Source of the DNA: Bacillota bacterium
GTDB lineage: Bacteria; Bacillota; Clostridia; Lachnospirales; Lachnospiraceae
Assembly: GCA_023390555.1 (NCBI GenBank)
Contig: JAEWCQ010000033.1
Coordinates: 192,829-216,828 of the forward strand
Direction: 5' to 3'
Length of the DNA stretch: 24,000 bases
The translations under genes and the position numbers were made by a program. Every line of letters begins with the position of its first letter. Position 1 is the first letter of the stretch. This document shows, piece by piece, positions 23,922 to 24,000 of this stretch. The notes below the pieces were generated by a model. It was not told where the DNA came from and ran no database searches. It was given only the letters and a program-made list of their open reading frames with translations.

Positions 23922-24000
23922 ATGGACCTTGGAAAAAAATCAAAGAAATTCGTTCTGGCTTATTTTTCCGGAACGGGCTGCACAAAAGCGGTTTGTGACT
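23922..24000 (+). CDS. Start of a flavodoxin-like / EFR1-type protein, truncated by the window end
   Basis: GGAGGA RBS then ATG: MDLGKKSKKFVLAYFSGTGCTKAVCD..., a flavodoxin-fold phosphate-loop-like YFSGTG motif. Confidence 0.5.
   Translation, partial: MDLGKKSKKFVLAYFSGTGCTKAVCD

Noticed and set aside
1-24000. Defence system, prophage or biosynthetic gene cluster
   Set aside because: No integrase, transposase, capsid, nuclease/ATPase defence module, or NRPS/PKS/RiPP core was recognisable. The BtrH-like gene stands alone.

Overview
The window looks like ordinary chromosome from a low/mid-GC Clostridia (Lachnospiraceae-like) organism. I found no CRISPR array, prophage, transposase, rRNA/tRNA or recognisable defence island. 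It carries about 25 genes. These include a GH3 glycosidase lipoprotein, a LysE exporter + AraC pair, DUF2000, a decayed PTS/antiterminator locus next to an intact HPr paralog, and a ferredoxin-nitroreductase fusion. There is also a choice-of-anchor-A-like protein with a striking Cys/Pro repeat tail, a MarR/SMR efflux operon, a PQQ-type sugar dehydrogenase-like protein, a MarR/8-TM membrane protein/MerR/BtrH-like cluster, two small tandem genes (one missed by the ORF track) and a methyltransferase. The right side has a guanidine-I riboswitch with a Gdx exporter, AraC-GyrI and ASCH-like genes, a membrane cytochrome/cytochrome-b5 fusion, and a NiCo (czcD) riboswitch with overlapping terminator upstream of a P-type ATPase. 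The best observations are: (1) the NiCo riboswitch, which argues that the 'Ca-type' ATPase is really a transition-metal (Co/Ni/Fe) exporter; (2) the signal-peptide-less choice-of-anchor-A-like protein with a 22-Cys Pro/Cys tail built from 63-bp tandem repeats; (3) an HPr paralog with His15 retained and Ser46 replaced by Arg; and (4) a PQQ-sugar-dehydrogenase-like protein in an apparent anaerobic Firmicute. No clearly new multi-gene system could be supported from sequence alone.
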